A stretch of DNA of 63,556 bases, filler included, from Sphacelaria rigidula (Eukaryota), in NCBI GenBank assembly GCA_964200075.2. It is 6 parts of 6 records of this genome, joined end to end, with 100 filler letters (N's around TTAATTAATTAA, not from the genome) between each part and the next. Parts side by side here need not be neighbours in the genome. Positions count along the whole stretch, not along the records: positions 10,612 to 21,121 come from CAXNAA020006365.1; positions 21,222 to 31,731 come from CAXNAA020006366.1; 4 more parts are not named here. One strand, given 5' to 3'. Numbering within the stretch: position 1 is the first letter of the stretch; each line of letters starts with the position of its first letter. Of this stretch, positions 12,040 through 23,345 are shown in pieces. The translations under genes and the position numbers were made by a program. A model generated the notes under the pieces. It saw nothing but the letters and a program-made list of their open reading frames with translations, was not told the DNA's origin and made no database searches.

Positions 12040-12790
12040 AGGAGGCACAAAATACAAGACAAAATCAAGACGCTCTGCTTTTATTCAGGAGCTGACGATA
12101 GCAACCACGGTAAATGTTGCGGTCTAGATAAAAACGTGGACAAGGACGAAAAAAAGTAGAAGACAAAGCATATGAAACAAGCAAATCAAAACGCTCTGCC
12201 TATTTCGCAGCTACGGACGGTGCCATCGCCAACGGCTCTAGAGTATGGATGGCACAAAAAACGGGAAAAGAAGACACAACGAAGCACGACGGGAGACGAA
12301 GAAATCAAAGCGCTCGTCATTTTCCAGAGCTGACGACAACACCGTTACCGATGCTTGCAGTCTAGGGCGTTTGATGCCACATTACAGTACCGGGGAAAAG
12401 CCAGAAAACAATCAAGCAGTGAAGCACAAGAGGTCACACAAAATCAAAACGGTCTGGATATATATATGTATTTACTTTTTTTTGTGCGGAGCTGACGGCA
12501 GCATCGTTCGTTACCGATGCTCGCAGTCTAGAAAGTTGTTTGCACAAGAAAAAAAAAGAAGTATTTTAACAAAATGGCACAACTCAATACAAGCAAAAAA
12601 GAACAAGACGCACTTGTCGCTCCTGTCTTTTTTTCCGATAGTCATCGAGAGCACCACTGCCCATGCTTACCGTCCAGAGCGTCGATTACTCGAGACGGAT
12701 TATAGAAACAATTCAAGTACAAACAGGTGCAACGCTCCGTCTCTTTTTAATCTGATGACAGCACCATCAATCAACACAGCCATCGTCATA
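12040..12790 (+). repeat. Degenerate tandem array, ~120-160-bp period, ~6 units
   Basis: Recurrent AAATCAARRCGCTC...GAGCTGACG...TCTAGA starting near 12061, 12183, 12302 and 12441, with weaker copies near 12600 and 12720. Confidence 0.7.
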
Positions 12791-12827
12791 CCAACACACA
12801 CCATGCCGATTTCACCACACTAACCCT

Positions 12828-13040
12828 CCCCTCCGGTCTCATATCGATAGAAATTTCATCACAGATAAGATCTCTGCAATAGACCTCTCCTCAGAAAATA
12901 TGTCGTGGCGTTTGCGAATAGACCTACTGCCCCTCGCACTACGGTAGCCAGTAACGTTTCTCGTCATGACAGTGTTGCCACGACCCAAAGATACATTACA
13001 CCAACGCCAATTATGGCTTCCGCCATCATGCACAATCCAG
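12828..13040 (+). pseudogene. Possible tyrosine-recombinase C-terminal relic (Crypton/DIRS/viral integrase-like)
   Basis: LRSHIDRNFIT (HxxR-like), then after a frameshift VASNVSRHDSVATTQRYITP (H-x-S-x-x-T-T-x-x-Y catalytic-Tyr box). Confidence 0.45.
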
Positions 13041-14114
13041 AAAATCAATACATGCCGCATGTGTCCCCGACTCAAATCCTTCCCCCCGTCCCCCCACGCC
13101 CTCCCCCGATCCACCCTTATCACCCCCGACGTCGAAAATACCAATGAGTCATATAAAACAAGTAAATTAATAAAGCTCGTGCGCGAGAGTTGAGTAATCC
13201 CTCTGAATGATACCTTCGAAGACTGACAGCCCTCTCAGTACTGTAGAAGCCATTACCCCGAGGAGCGGACGAGTCAACCCGGGCGCGACGATCGCCATGC
13301 TAGACATCGATAAGTCGATGCAAACGAACGAGCACAGCCAGAAAACCCAGACACACACGCACGCACAGCACGGCACTGCACAAACAGTGTAGTTCCAAGA
13401 AACGACACATAAGAGTGTACCCCTCATAAATGAACTATCCCCTCTCCTCTGCGGGCCCCCCCGCCTGCTCCAAACCTTCAGGTCCCATCAGAACAAAACG
13501 GAGCATATCGAATGGCCTCATAATAGCGCTAAACAACCGATACCAAGGTGACCGCGGCTGCCCTCGTTGCAAATGCACACTTGCACAAATTGCACTTATT
13601 GACACGCAGATGTAGATACAAAAGCCTTCAACATTTGAACCTCCCATGCATGATGAGCCTCGGCCGCTCTCTCGCCCTCGCCCGCCCTGCCCTCCACAGA
13701 ACACATGACCCAAAGATAAACTCCATCACCGGCTCGTGTCGCCAAGTCGTGGGGGCGGTAGTGTGTGAGTGTGTATATCGGGGGGGGGGAGATGTGTTCG
13801 CTGCACCGCCGTGCACGTCCACCTCGTAATAGAGGCCAGGTAATCAAGACATGGATCTCATCCTCGCGCGAGCTCGGCGACTTGGGTCATCAACCGCCTT
13901 CGCATGTCGGTCATCGAGAGGACGTATACAAAACAGATCCTCCGATACGATTACTGAGCGCAGCACCAACCGATCGCTGGGTTTCTTCTCAATCCCCCCC
14001 CGGTAGTGAGGTGAGATGAATTACTCCGAGTGCAGCTTCCCGGACCCAGAAGAAAACGTCAACCAGATATATTGAGTACATGCGGGTGGCCCCGTGGTCA
14101 AATACCTACGGCGC

Positions 14115-15184
14115 TCACCACGCGAACGAAAATGACAGTCCCCCCCATATCCAATCGTCATGTTCAATCCACAAGCCCCCATCGTCGCTGTCGCCATCAT
14201 CGCTGTCACCCCCTCTGCTACCCGAACCGCTAGCGCCTCCAGACCCTTCCCCGCCCGTGCTACTTCCGCCACTTCCGGAGGCGCTGCCCATCCTATCGCC
14301 CCCTTCACTGTCATCCTCCTCGGAACCCCCGCTACCGCTAGCGCTGCCGCTGCCCATGGACGAAGTACTGGAGCCCACGCCGCTGGCAGATCCATTCCCG
14401 CCACCACTACTGCTGCCGCCGCTGCCTGACGCACTACCCATCCCATTGCCCCCTTCACTGTCGTCCTCATCGGAGCCTCCGCTAGCGCTACCGCTAGCGC
14501 TGCCGTCACCACCCGAACCGTTGGTGCCACTCATCGTGGAAGAACCTCCGAAGCCTACGCCACTATCAGGGTCATCCCCGCCCATGCTGCTGCTGCCGCT
14601 GCCCGAGGCGCTGCTCATCCCATCTCCTACTTCACCATCCTCTCCGGAACTTCCACTGCCGCTAGCGCTGCCGGCGCCACCCCTTATCGTGGAAGAACCT
14701 CCGTAGCCCACGCCGCTACCATACCCATTCCCGCCCAAGGTACTACTGCTGCTGCTGCCGCTGCCGCTAGCGCTGCCGTCGCCACCCCTTATCGTGGAAG
14801 AACCTCCGTAGCCCACGCCGCTACCATACCCATTCCCGCCCAAGGTACTGCTGCTGCTGCTGCCGCTGCCGCTTGCGCTGCCGTCGCCACCCCATAGCGT
14901 GGAAGAACCTCCGTAGCCCTCGCCGCTACCATGTCCATTCCCACCCATGCTGCTGCTGCTGCCGCCGCTGCCTTGCCCCGAAGCGGACCCGCCGGAGGAA
15001 TATCTGGAACCCGACCCGGATCCGCCACCCGTACCACCCATACTGCCGCTACTTGTGTGGCCTGACTCCACTATCGTGATTGTATCTGAACAGTCGTAAG
15101 GGTAGTCATCCTCGAAACGACCCACTCGGATGCTGTAGCTCCCTGCCGGCGTATCTTCGGGGATTTCCACGTCGTAGTCTCCCA
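14115..15184 (-). CDS. Last exon: end of an Ig-like domain plus a ~300-aa Gly/Ser-rich repetitive tail (probable extracellular/cell-wall protein)
   Basis: CAG acceptor at 15185-15187; (M)GDYDVEIPEDTPAGSYSIRVGRFEDDYPYDCSDTITI, then GS repeats ending WIWGGLSFSFAW*. Phase is compatible with the 15646-15790 exon. Confidence 0.88.
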
Positions 15185-15645
15185 CTGTTGAGTTCATGAT
15201 TTGTTTTTCCGAGAAGAACGTTTTTTCGCAAGTGAGCAAGTGCGGAGGGGAGGGGGGGAGGCGGGCAGTTGAGGTTCAAGAGTACATCACTTGGACACGA
15301 GGTGATTCATAATATCCCATAGATTCCTCATCTTCTTGCACCCCTGTGGTCATCACCGATATTTCGCAGCACGCACGATCCAACGGCGCACGACATATGG
15401 ACACAACATACGCAACATGAAACATTCTACACCCTGGACAATGCGTGGTCAACAGACGCGATCGACAAAAAAAAATGTACTGAGTAAAAATATAGCAAAC
15501 ATTGTCGTGAAATCGATAACAATTGCAATAAGCCTATACTGTATCCAGTACATTTTGTGTATTGCATCTACGTACTTTTTTCACAACATGTCGTCCAGGC
15601 GTGTAAAAAATTATGTGCCTCAGTGTGTGGCACGGACGGACGTAC

Positions 15646-15790
15646 TTGAATCCTTGCAGCCGATGGCGGGCTTATCGCATATTGATGTCAACCACGTCCC
15701 GCAGTCGCCGGAATCGCTGGAATTGCTGACCAAGTATAGGTCAATCTTGAAGCGATCCACCCTTGATCCTAGACCGTTGCTGTAGTCGAA
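15646..15790 (-). CDS. Internal exon of the same Ig-like/GS-rich gene
   Basis: cag|FDYSNGLGSRVDRFKIDLYLVSNSSDSGDCGTWLTSICDKPAIGCKDS+A|gtacg. 145 nt; A plus TG of the next exon gives Met. Confidence 0.87.
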
Positions 15791-15907
15791 CTGTCCTCGT
15801 CAAAAAGCATCCAGAACCGGAAAGAAGAGGACGAGTGAAACATGATCAGATTATGCCTAGATCAAGTGCATGAAGTCAATATTTTGCCTTCCCGCCCACT
15901 CGGTTTC

Positions 15908-16440
15908 TTATCCTTGCCCACAACACATCACTGAAGAGTATACGGACTTGGTGGGAAAAAAACTCACCCGGTGCTTAATCGTGCTGAAAATCAACAACGA
16001 AAATAATAGACACATGCTTGCGAATTTGACGAACAAGTGGATACCTCTACAGTTCTGTGGAGGAAGGTCACACTTCAGAGAGAGAATGCCGTAACGCTGA
16101 TTTCCGCTCACACTGACGAAAATATCGAGTGGGCAAATACTTCTCGCCCATTTGGTTGCCAACCTCCACGAGATCTCTTGTCCTTGCCCACGACACATCA
16201 CTCAACACACGAAATTGGTACAAAAACAGAACAAAAAACTCAACCCTGTACGCAGTCGTTCGTTACCAACAACTACAAAAAATACATGCTTGCGACTCTG
16301 ATGGATAAATGGGTAACTCTACTACCGCACGCGGTAGAGCGTCACACTTCACTCGGAAAACGCGCATCCCCGTCAAATTCCACATTTCGGAAGGACGAGA
16401 AAAAACAAGTCCATATCTATGATCCTTGCCCGAAAACGAG
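15908..16440 (+). repeat. Diverged intronic tandem duplication, ~250-270-bp period
   Basis: tccttgccca.c.acacatcact...aaaaaactca.cc...acatgcttgcga...gtcacacttca recurs at ~15910 and ~16180, with a third start at ~16422. Confidence 0.7.
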
Positions 16441-17418
16441 TTTACACAGGCACTTACGTGAGTTCAAAATTCTCAACTTTTTCTTCTCGTCAGGCTTGCC
16501 GCCGGTCAGATTAGTCCCGGCGCCAATCCCAGCTCCATAAACCGCATGCCCGGCCTACCAAGGGACGCCACCATCTCAAGACTACGGGTCACAGCCCCCG
16601 CCCCCCGCCCCCCGCCCCCCGCCCCCCGCGCGTCAGCCCTCGGAGGCTATCGACAACGAAGAAAAACCAAGGCCATTTGTTTTCGCTTCTTTCTCGACCA
16701 CTATGCGCACGTTCAACAACCCCGTCACCAACTCGGGATTGGTCGCGCGCGAGCAGCTCAAAAACGTGGACTTTTTATTTTCAGTGCCTTCGCTGTGTTG
16801 TTGAAGGGGGGTATGGGTCCTGACAGCACCCTGGTTCGGGGTCGAGATTACCCAGCATACGCTTGGAATACTCGTATGAAGTTTCGTATCGCATTACCTC
16901 CATGCCCTATGTCGACGTCATGATTCTAGGTTAGTGTGGGATACTGAATCATTACTTGGATTCGTTACGGTCTCAGATATGCTTGATTTCAGTGTAGTCA
17001 CTAAAATAGCTACTTGGCCGCTGTACGATCACTGACCACTCTGCTACGGTGGGGTTTAAGCACTATACTCCGTGAGAAATCCTGACTCTGTACATCACTT
17101 TCTGTTGCCACGAGCTGGGCCAGTTGAATGATTTTTCAATGTTTCCGGGTCCGACTGTGGGTAATACGACAAGTCGGGCGCTGAAATTTTGACACGACAT
17201 TTTTATCATCAATACGCACAATCTTCCGGGGGATGCAACGAAACAGAAAAAAACAGAAAGTTAGAGCGATTTGAAGTTTCTGCAAAAACTGGAAAATGCT
17301 AAAACTCCGCGAAAATGAAGAAATAAGTCAACAACCCTCGGGTTGTTGTGCGTACTTGTGTGCAGGAAATTATGGTGCAATTTCGACCAAGAGTATCCCA
17401 ATTTGGTGACACCGCTGA

Positions 17419-17488
17419 GCCCCGTTAATCCAAGTGATACAGGAGACTCCAGTTATGGAGGTTGAGAGTTCGAATCCCGACGCATTCA
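17419..17488 (+). mobile_element. tRNA-derived (SINE-head-like) relic
   Basis: B-box GTTCGAATCCC at 17468-17478 with a degenerate A-box about 40 nt upstream; the acceptor stem does not pair. Confidence 0.45.
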
Positions 17489-17940
17489 TTTTCTTTGTTC
17501 CGTCGGCAAGGTTATATATTATCCTGTACATTTTTTTTCATTCCTTTTGTTCATCCAATAACGATGCCGTGCGTTACTAGGTTGGTCTGTAGGTCACACC
17601 AATATACTCAAGTCGGGCTGACGTGGTACACTTGGTAAGTTATGGTGTGACATGCAAATACGGGATTCACTGCTGGCCCAGTTCGTACTGTCCATGGCCT
17701 TGAGGGGGTGCCCATCCCTGAAAAATGGGCTACCCTGCCCCCCTTTTCCGTCAGCCTCGCTCATGATAACCCTTCCCTAACATAAAGGGCCGTGGCTCCT
17801 GGCCTGCCGTAGGTAGGGCGCCTCGAGTATCAAGTACCGCAGGGAGCTAGGCTAGGAAGAGCCAGGTGATTCGTTCGTCCATCTTGTACAGGCTGGTTCA
17901 CATTCATTACCCAAAAAATATTCATGGGCACAACCTCACC

Positions 17941-18204
17941 CCGTTTTGAGGAGTTGGACCCTGAATTTTTTCAGGGTGCTACGGGGCAGTACGCATATTT
18001 GTGAGGTCGAGTTCTTGTTTTTTTTTCCCCAATTTTCTTCACCTTCTTCACCCTTCTTTACCGTTTTTCGGGAGAAGACCGATCCAATCGGACCCCCGTA
18101 AAATGGTACGAACAATAACAACAACAAAAACTCGTTCACCCAAAGTTGCGTTATGACCCAAAGCATAGTTGTGCAAAATTTCAGGATCCAATTCCTCAAA
18201 ACGG
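17941..18204. repeat. 30-bp inverted repeat pair inside an intronic non-autonomous element
   Basis: 17941-17970 vs the reverse complement of 18175-18204: 27/30 identical. Confidence 0.75.
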
Positions 18205-19313
18205 CGGGAGATTTTTCGCTTTTGTGCGATGAACCTTTGCCGTGCCGCGGTGAAGCCGCAGAGTACTTGATTCGAGTACAAAAACGGAGTTTTGGGGTTT
18301 TTTTTTACGTGAACAAGAAAATTCAAGCGTCAGTTGATCGAGTTTTGCGACAAAATTTTGTAGGGCCCTTCCTTGGGTCATGCGGCGACAGCTGGTTTGC
18401 GAAAAAATATCAAAAAATATATCGTTGTGCCGGTTTTCCAAGGTCCCGAAATGGGGACTGCTGCGAAAAACGACTTGGATCCCGTCGGACCCCCGAAAAA
18501 CGCTGAAAAACTCGAGCATGAAAAAAACCTCGTCGATAGAAAGGCATCTACTGACGACACAATTTTGGGTGATGGGCGTGAACCAGCCTGTAGTAATCAC
18601 AGTAAATGCTCCCGCTACGCGTTTGGCCACGACTTCCTTACCCGACACGCGTGCCGAGAGCGTTTCATCGACCTTTACCGCTGCTTTTTTTCATTCTTCA
18701 ATTTTCCGAGCCTACTCTTCGTGTCTGTTTCACCGTTGTTACTTGCTTCACCTTCCTTCAGCGAGCGTTCAAGTTTAATTTTTTTTTCTGTCTCGAACAC
18801 GTCCATAACGATGTGACCATAAAATCGAGTCAAATCGGAAGACGACCACACAACAAGCAGCAGCACCGTGTTCTCTGTTTTTGTGGATCGTTTTGGATAG
18901 TTTGGGGGGTAGCATGTCGCAACACGAGGCGGGGGATTGTCGATCAAACGCTTTTCTCAGGAGCTTTTCGCCGATGCCGGTGCACATTCCGTGTTGGTGT
19001 CCAGAAAGAGGCGGAAAATAGCCCACATTTTTCGTTCCGTGGCCCGTTTTCACGCGCTACATTATAAAGCCCTTGCCTCGCTCTGTGTGCATAGGTTGGA
19101 ACGTCCGCCGTTAGAAAGCCCTCACCGAGAGTCTGATCATTTCAGATCAGTTTCGAAGAGAGCGGCGCTACCCCGAAGATACGAAAAAAAAGGCAGCGCC
19201 TCAACGTGAAAAGTGGCTTGCAGTTGAGCTCCAGTCACATGCTCGACACACCAGCGGTAGAGAACACCATGTGCTTCTTCTCGGGGACATTATCGAGATG
19301 TTACAAACATCAC

Positions 19314-19487
19314 CTCAACGGTGTACTCGTCGCCGGCCTCCAAGACGTCTTCCGCCGTGGGCCAGGTGACATGCAAGTAGGGCCCATCAGGCTCTTCCGC
19401 TTCCGGCGCTTCCTCCGACGCCATGAGGGTGAACTGATCCGAGCAGTAATTTACCCCCGAATCGTCGCCCACGTCCGCTACCCGCAC
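19314..19487 (-). CDS. Upstream internal exon of the Ig-like/GS-rich gene (end of one domain copy and start of the next)
   Basis: cag|VRVADVGDDSGVNYCSDQFTLMASEEAPEAEEPDGPYLHVTWPTAEDVLEAGDEYTVE|gtgatg. 174 nt, phase 0/0. VRV...YCSDQFTL parallels IRV...DCSDTITI in the last exon. Confidence 0.85.
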
Positions 19488-20964
19488 CTGCTTTTGAAAA
19501 AATGGAAGCATGTTGATTTCCTTGACAAACAAACCCTCGTGAGAAATAAGCACCGTATTTGTCCACCCTTCTCGCGCCCATGCGCCACTCCGTCAATCTT
19601 TCTTCTTCGTTCGCCGGCGGTTTGGAAAAGTTGGCATGTGCGGAGAGACAATGCCACCAAATAAAAGTACACTGTCACGCGTATGCTGTTCGTCAGAAAT
19701 ACTAAAGAATAAGCTGCGGCAAGGGTCACTGCCGTCTCATTATCGGAAGATAACCTCATATACAGCACAGTACAGTAGTTAACAACGTTTTCGTGAGGTT
19801 GAGAGTAGAGCGCTAATTGAGAGTGGCTTCGGTCATTCGATCTAACTTGGCCATTTCGTCATTCCGTGTGTGTTTTTCTTCATCTCCATCACTAGCGTGT
19901 GCTTACAACTACACGTCGATATCCTTCTCAGGGATATCAAGGGCCTTAGTGGCAAGCTACTACAGAAAGCATATCGGGCCTCGCGGAGGGACATTTCGGA
20001 ACCGAAACGATTCATTCACTAGTTGACCCGCTTTTTACCCTCAATCGTATCCTCTACTCTTAATCTCACGAAAACGTTGTTAGTTGCGGTTGTCAAGATA
20101 ACGGTGAATGCCTGTGATAAAAGCACACAGCTGTCGCCGAACAGCTTGAAGGCATTAGCATCTTTCATTTGGCGGAGCTGTACGTGGTGCAGACGGCGCG
20201 CGCGGGTGTGATTGGGTGGCACCCTCGAAAGCAGTGGTGTAGAAAACAATCAGTTCATGCACGTTAGATCACTCCCTTACTAATGCAGCCGCCTGCAGAA
20301 AGCTTTCTACCGCTTTTATGGCGGTTTTCGGTCGACGTGTAGATATTTCCACGGAGCCGCGAATATCGGCTGGGGGGGGGGGGGGGGGGGTGTTAGGTGT
20401 TGTGTTCCCGACAGAGAGCGGGGGGGGGGGGGGGGGAGGGGGGGGGAGGGGGNNNNNNNNNNTACTCATTTGTTGCTTGCCGTAGAATATCGGCTGGGGA
20501 GGGGGGGAAGGAAGGGGAAGGGGGTGGGTAGGGCCACGACTGCCAGATGATAATTTTCTTCCGCACGGTTGGGGGAGCGTACAATTTTGACCATATGCCG
20601 TGATCCCAAGAATCAGGTTCAATGAACTCACGTCAGCATCAAATCCACTAGTGATTCTCGCTTATGCCACACCCACTGTCAAAAGCCTCCTCCCCGAAGG
20701 AACTCACCATCGTGTCAAGAATGCTGAGATAATCATTTCGTTACTTTTGGAGCAAGATCTAACGCATACCAGCTGTTACCCTTGTCGTCCAACACTCTTC
20801 ATCCGATGGATGATCCCGATCCCGACAAAGTATCTCCAATCCAAACCTAGACCCCATAGAAAAACAATACCCCTTATCGAAAATACTCAGCATATTCCGA
20901 TAAAGAACCCACACCCAACAGAACCGGGTGTGGTTTGAACGCACTTTGCGGGGGGATGGGATTA

Positions 20965-21055
20965 TACTCGTGATCTTGCATGCCGTAGTCATATAGCATG
21001 ACCATTGATCTCGCATCCCAGCAAAGCCGGGATGGAGCACGCCGGGGACACTTTT
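20965..21055 (+). repeat. Copy of a G/C-tract-flanked dispersed repeat family (other copies ~21598-21665, 22219-22285, 23600-23710, 34555-34620, 34650-34760)
   Basis: Core GACCATTGA.C.C.CATCCC...GGGA.GGAGCAC occurs in both orientations on three scaffolds, always beside G or C homopolymers. Confidence 0.8.
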
Positions 21056-21121
21056 TACGATAGCCCCCCCCCCCCCCCCCCAAAAAAAAAAAAAAACACC
21101 AAACAGACACGCAAACAAAAA

Positions 21122-21221
21122 NNNNNNNNNNNNNNNNNNNNNNNNNNNNNNNNNNNNNNNNNNNNTTAATTAATTAANNNNNNNNNNNNNNNNNNNNNNN
21201 NNNNNNNNNNNNNNNNNNNNN
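21122..21221. other. Artificial scaffold-concatenation linker
   Basis: N44-TTAATTAATTAA-N44. Confidence 0.98.
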
Positions 21222-21705
21222 ATGGCATGCATGATCATGAGTACACCCCCCTCCCCCCCCGCCGGTACACTCCTTGCACTTTAGTCTCGAGGACTCGGTC
21301 AGCACTCCCGCACCGTGCCAACTAGCGTCAAATAAACTCGGCCTACTCCCATTTGCTTGCTCACGTACCGACGCCTTCGACAGTGGAAAGCAGATACTTC
21401 GAAGACAAACCCGACGCATCGGGCATCGAACCCCCGTTCTCTTCACCCTGATGATGACAGTTAAAACCGTTTTTAATTGAGAGCACCGGGGCGCGGCGGC
21501 ATTGAGCCTTGGTAAACCGAAGAATCTGAGAAAAACCGCCTCCAGCTAACTGAAGGATGTTGCTCCCACGATGTTGAGCATCATTATACGGAGGGAGAGT
21601 GCTCCGTCTCGAAAGGGATGCGTGGTCAATGGCCAGACGACTAAGGCAAGCAACAACCGAGTACGCCCCCCCCCCCCCCCCCCCTCCCCCGTCCCCCTCC
21701 CGAGA

Positions 21706-22200
21706 TCATGTCCATAGGTGAAGGCACGGGGTACAAGACAAGAGGGGAGAAGAAGCGCTAGGACGGAAAGAGAACGGGGAAGAGCACCTGGAGATATACG
21801 GCAAGTTGAGAGAGGGGATCCGAATTAAAAATGTATCTGCATGGCCCAATGGACTCGGCGCAAACTTTGAAACTGAAATTTCGGGTGCGGGACCTGGACC
21901 TGCCAGGAAAAAGAAAGAGATATACCAGTGGTAGAAAGGAGGAGGAAGTAGATACACAGGACTGCTCCTGTGGCAAAGCAATAGAGGGTAGAACTTATCT
22001 AGTGGCAGAACGTGCACTATACAAGGAGGAACGGAACGTGCTAGAAAAAGAGACGCGGGACGTAAACGAAAGTGGCATGAAATCGTTTGATGCATTAGAC
22101 AGTAGGGAGGAAACGACGGCTATACTAGGAGACAGATGGCGAAACAGGACGGGGATGATATGTGTAAAATATAATAGGCGCCGGAGTGATGGGAGGTGTC
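21706..22200 (+). mobile_element. LINE ORF2 C-terminal (CCHC-region) fragment, decayed
   Basis: YLHGPMDSAQTLKLKFRVRDLDLP..RKRY...CSCGKAIEGRTYLVAE.ALYKEER...AILGDRW resembles the post-RT zinc-finger region of non-LTR retrotransposons; the His and last Cys are mutated. Confidence 0.75.
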
Positions 22201-22471
22201 TCTGTTAGGAGTAGGAACGGTGCTCCGTCTCAAAAGGGATGCGTGGTCAATGGTCAAACGACCAAGGCAACCAGCAAATGAGTACCCTCTCCCCGACGCA
22301 CGCCCCCCCCGCCGCACTCGTGCGGGTAGCTTTGCTGTGGNNNNNNNNNNCCCCTCAAAAGGGGGGCCGGGGCAATGGTCAAACACCCAAGCCAACCACA
22401 AAAGAATTCCCCCCCCCCCCCCCCCCCCCCCTCGCTCGCAAAGGGGATGATCATTCTACGTGGTGTTTACA

Positions 22472-22590
22472 TGATGAGACATCCGTGAGGCGGTGTAAAA
22501 GCCGTGGCTGTCTCTGTAAGTGGCGATACCAGAGAATGAAGCAACTCATTGGAGGCTGTCATCCAAATGCAAGATAATCAGTATGCTTCG
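22472..22590 (+). repeat. Dispersed repeat; inverted copy at 31832-31950
   Basis: gtggcgataccaga.aatgaagcaactcattggaggctg.catccaaatgcaaga.aatcag shared between two scaffolds. Confidence 0.88.
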
Positions 22591-22619
22591 GGCCGAATAA
22601 TCTCAGCAGGATGGAGCTT

Positions 22620-23345
22620 AAGTAGCTCTCATAGCTCACCCAGGGTAAACATGCGCTGGTTAGCTGCGGGTTGGTAGCCCACCCAGGGCTAACATGCGTA
22701 GCTAGCTCACTTGGCTCTCATAGCTCACTCGGGGTAGATATACACTGATGAACTCAGGGTTGGTACTTCATCCAGGGCAAATATGCATAGCTTATGTAGC
22801 TCTCATAGTTCACCCAGGGTAAACATGCGCTGGTGAGCTATGGGTTGGTAGCATACCCAGGACAAATATGCATAGCTCACGTGGCACCCAGGGTAAACAT
22901 ACGCTGATGAGCTACGGGCTGGTACCATCCCCAGGGCTAACACGCGTAGCTAGCTCACTTAGCTCTCACAGCTAGCTCACTCGGGATGAACATATGCTGA
23001 TGAACTCATGGTTGGTAGTTCATCCAGGGCAAGTATGCGTAGCTCATGTAACTCTCATAGCTTACCCAGAGTGAACATGCGCTGATGAGCTACGGGTTGG
23101 TACCTCACCCAGGGCCAACATGCGCAGCTCATGTCGCTCTCATAGCGAACATGCGCTGATGAGCTCCGGGTTGATATCTCACATAGGGCAAATATGCGTA
23201 GCTCATGCAGCTCTCATAGCCCACCCAGGGCGAAAATGCGCCGATGAGCTACGGGTTGTTGGTAGCTCACCTATGGCAAACATGCGTAGCTAATGTTGCT
23301 CTCATAGCTCACCGAGGGAAAAATATACATCGCTCATATAGCTCT
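22620..23345 (+). repeat. AGCT-rich minisatellite, ~85-bp monomer, ~8.5 copies
   Basis: Consensus approx. GCTCTCATAGCTCACCCAGGGTAAACATGCGCTGATGAGCTACGGGTTGGTAGCTCACCCAGGGCAAATATGCGTAGCTCATGTA. Confidence 0.92.

Noticed and set aside
14021-14706. Pro/Leu-rich plus-strand ORF and Ala-rich alternative frames
   Set aside because: They are antisense or alternate-frame shadows of the GS-rich exon, which has splice-linked upstream exons.
17419-17488. Functional tRNA gene
   Set aside because: A B-box is present but the acceptor and D stems do not pair; kept only as a tRNA-derived relic.
22620-23345. CRISPR-like array
   Set aside because: The sequences between repeats are homologous to each other rather than unique spacers; there are no cas genes and the context is eukaryotic.
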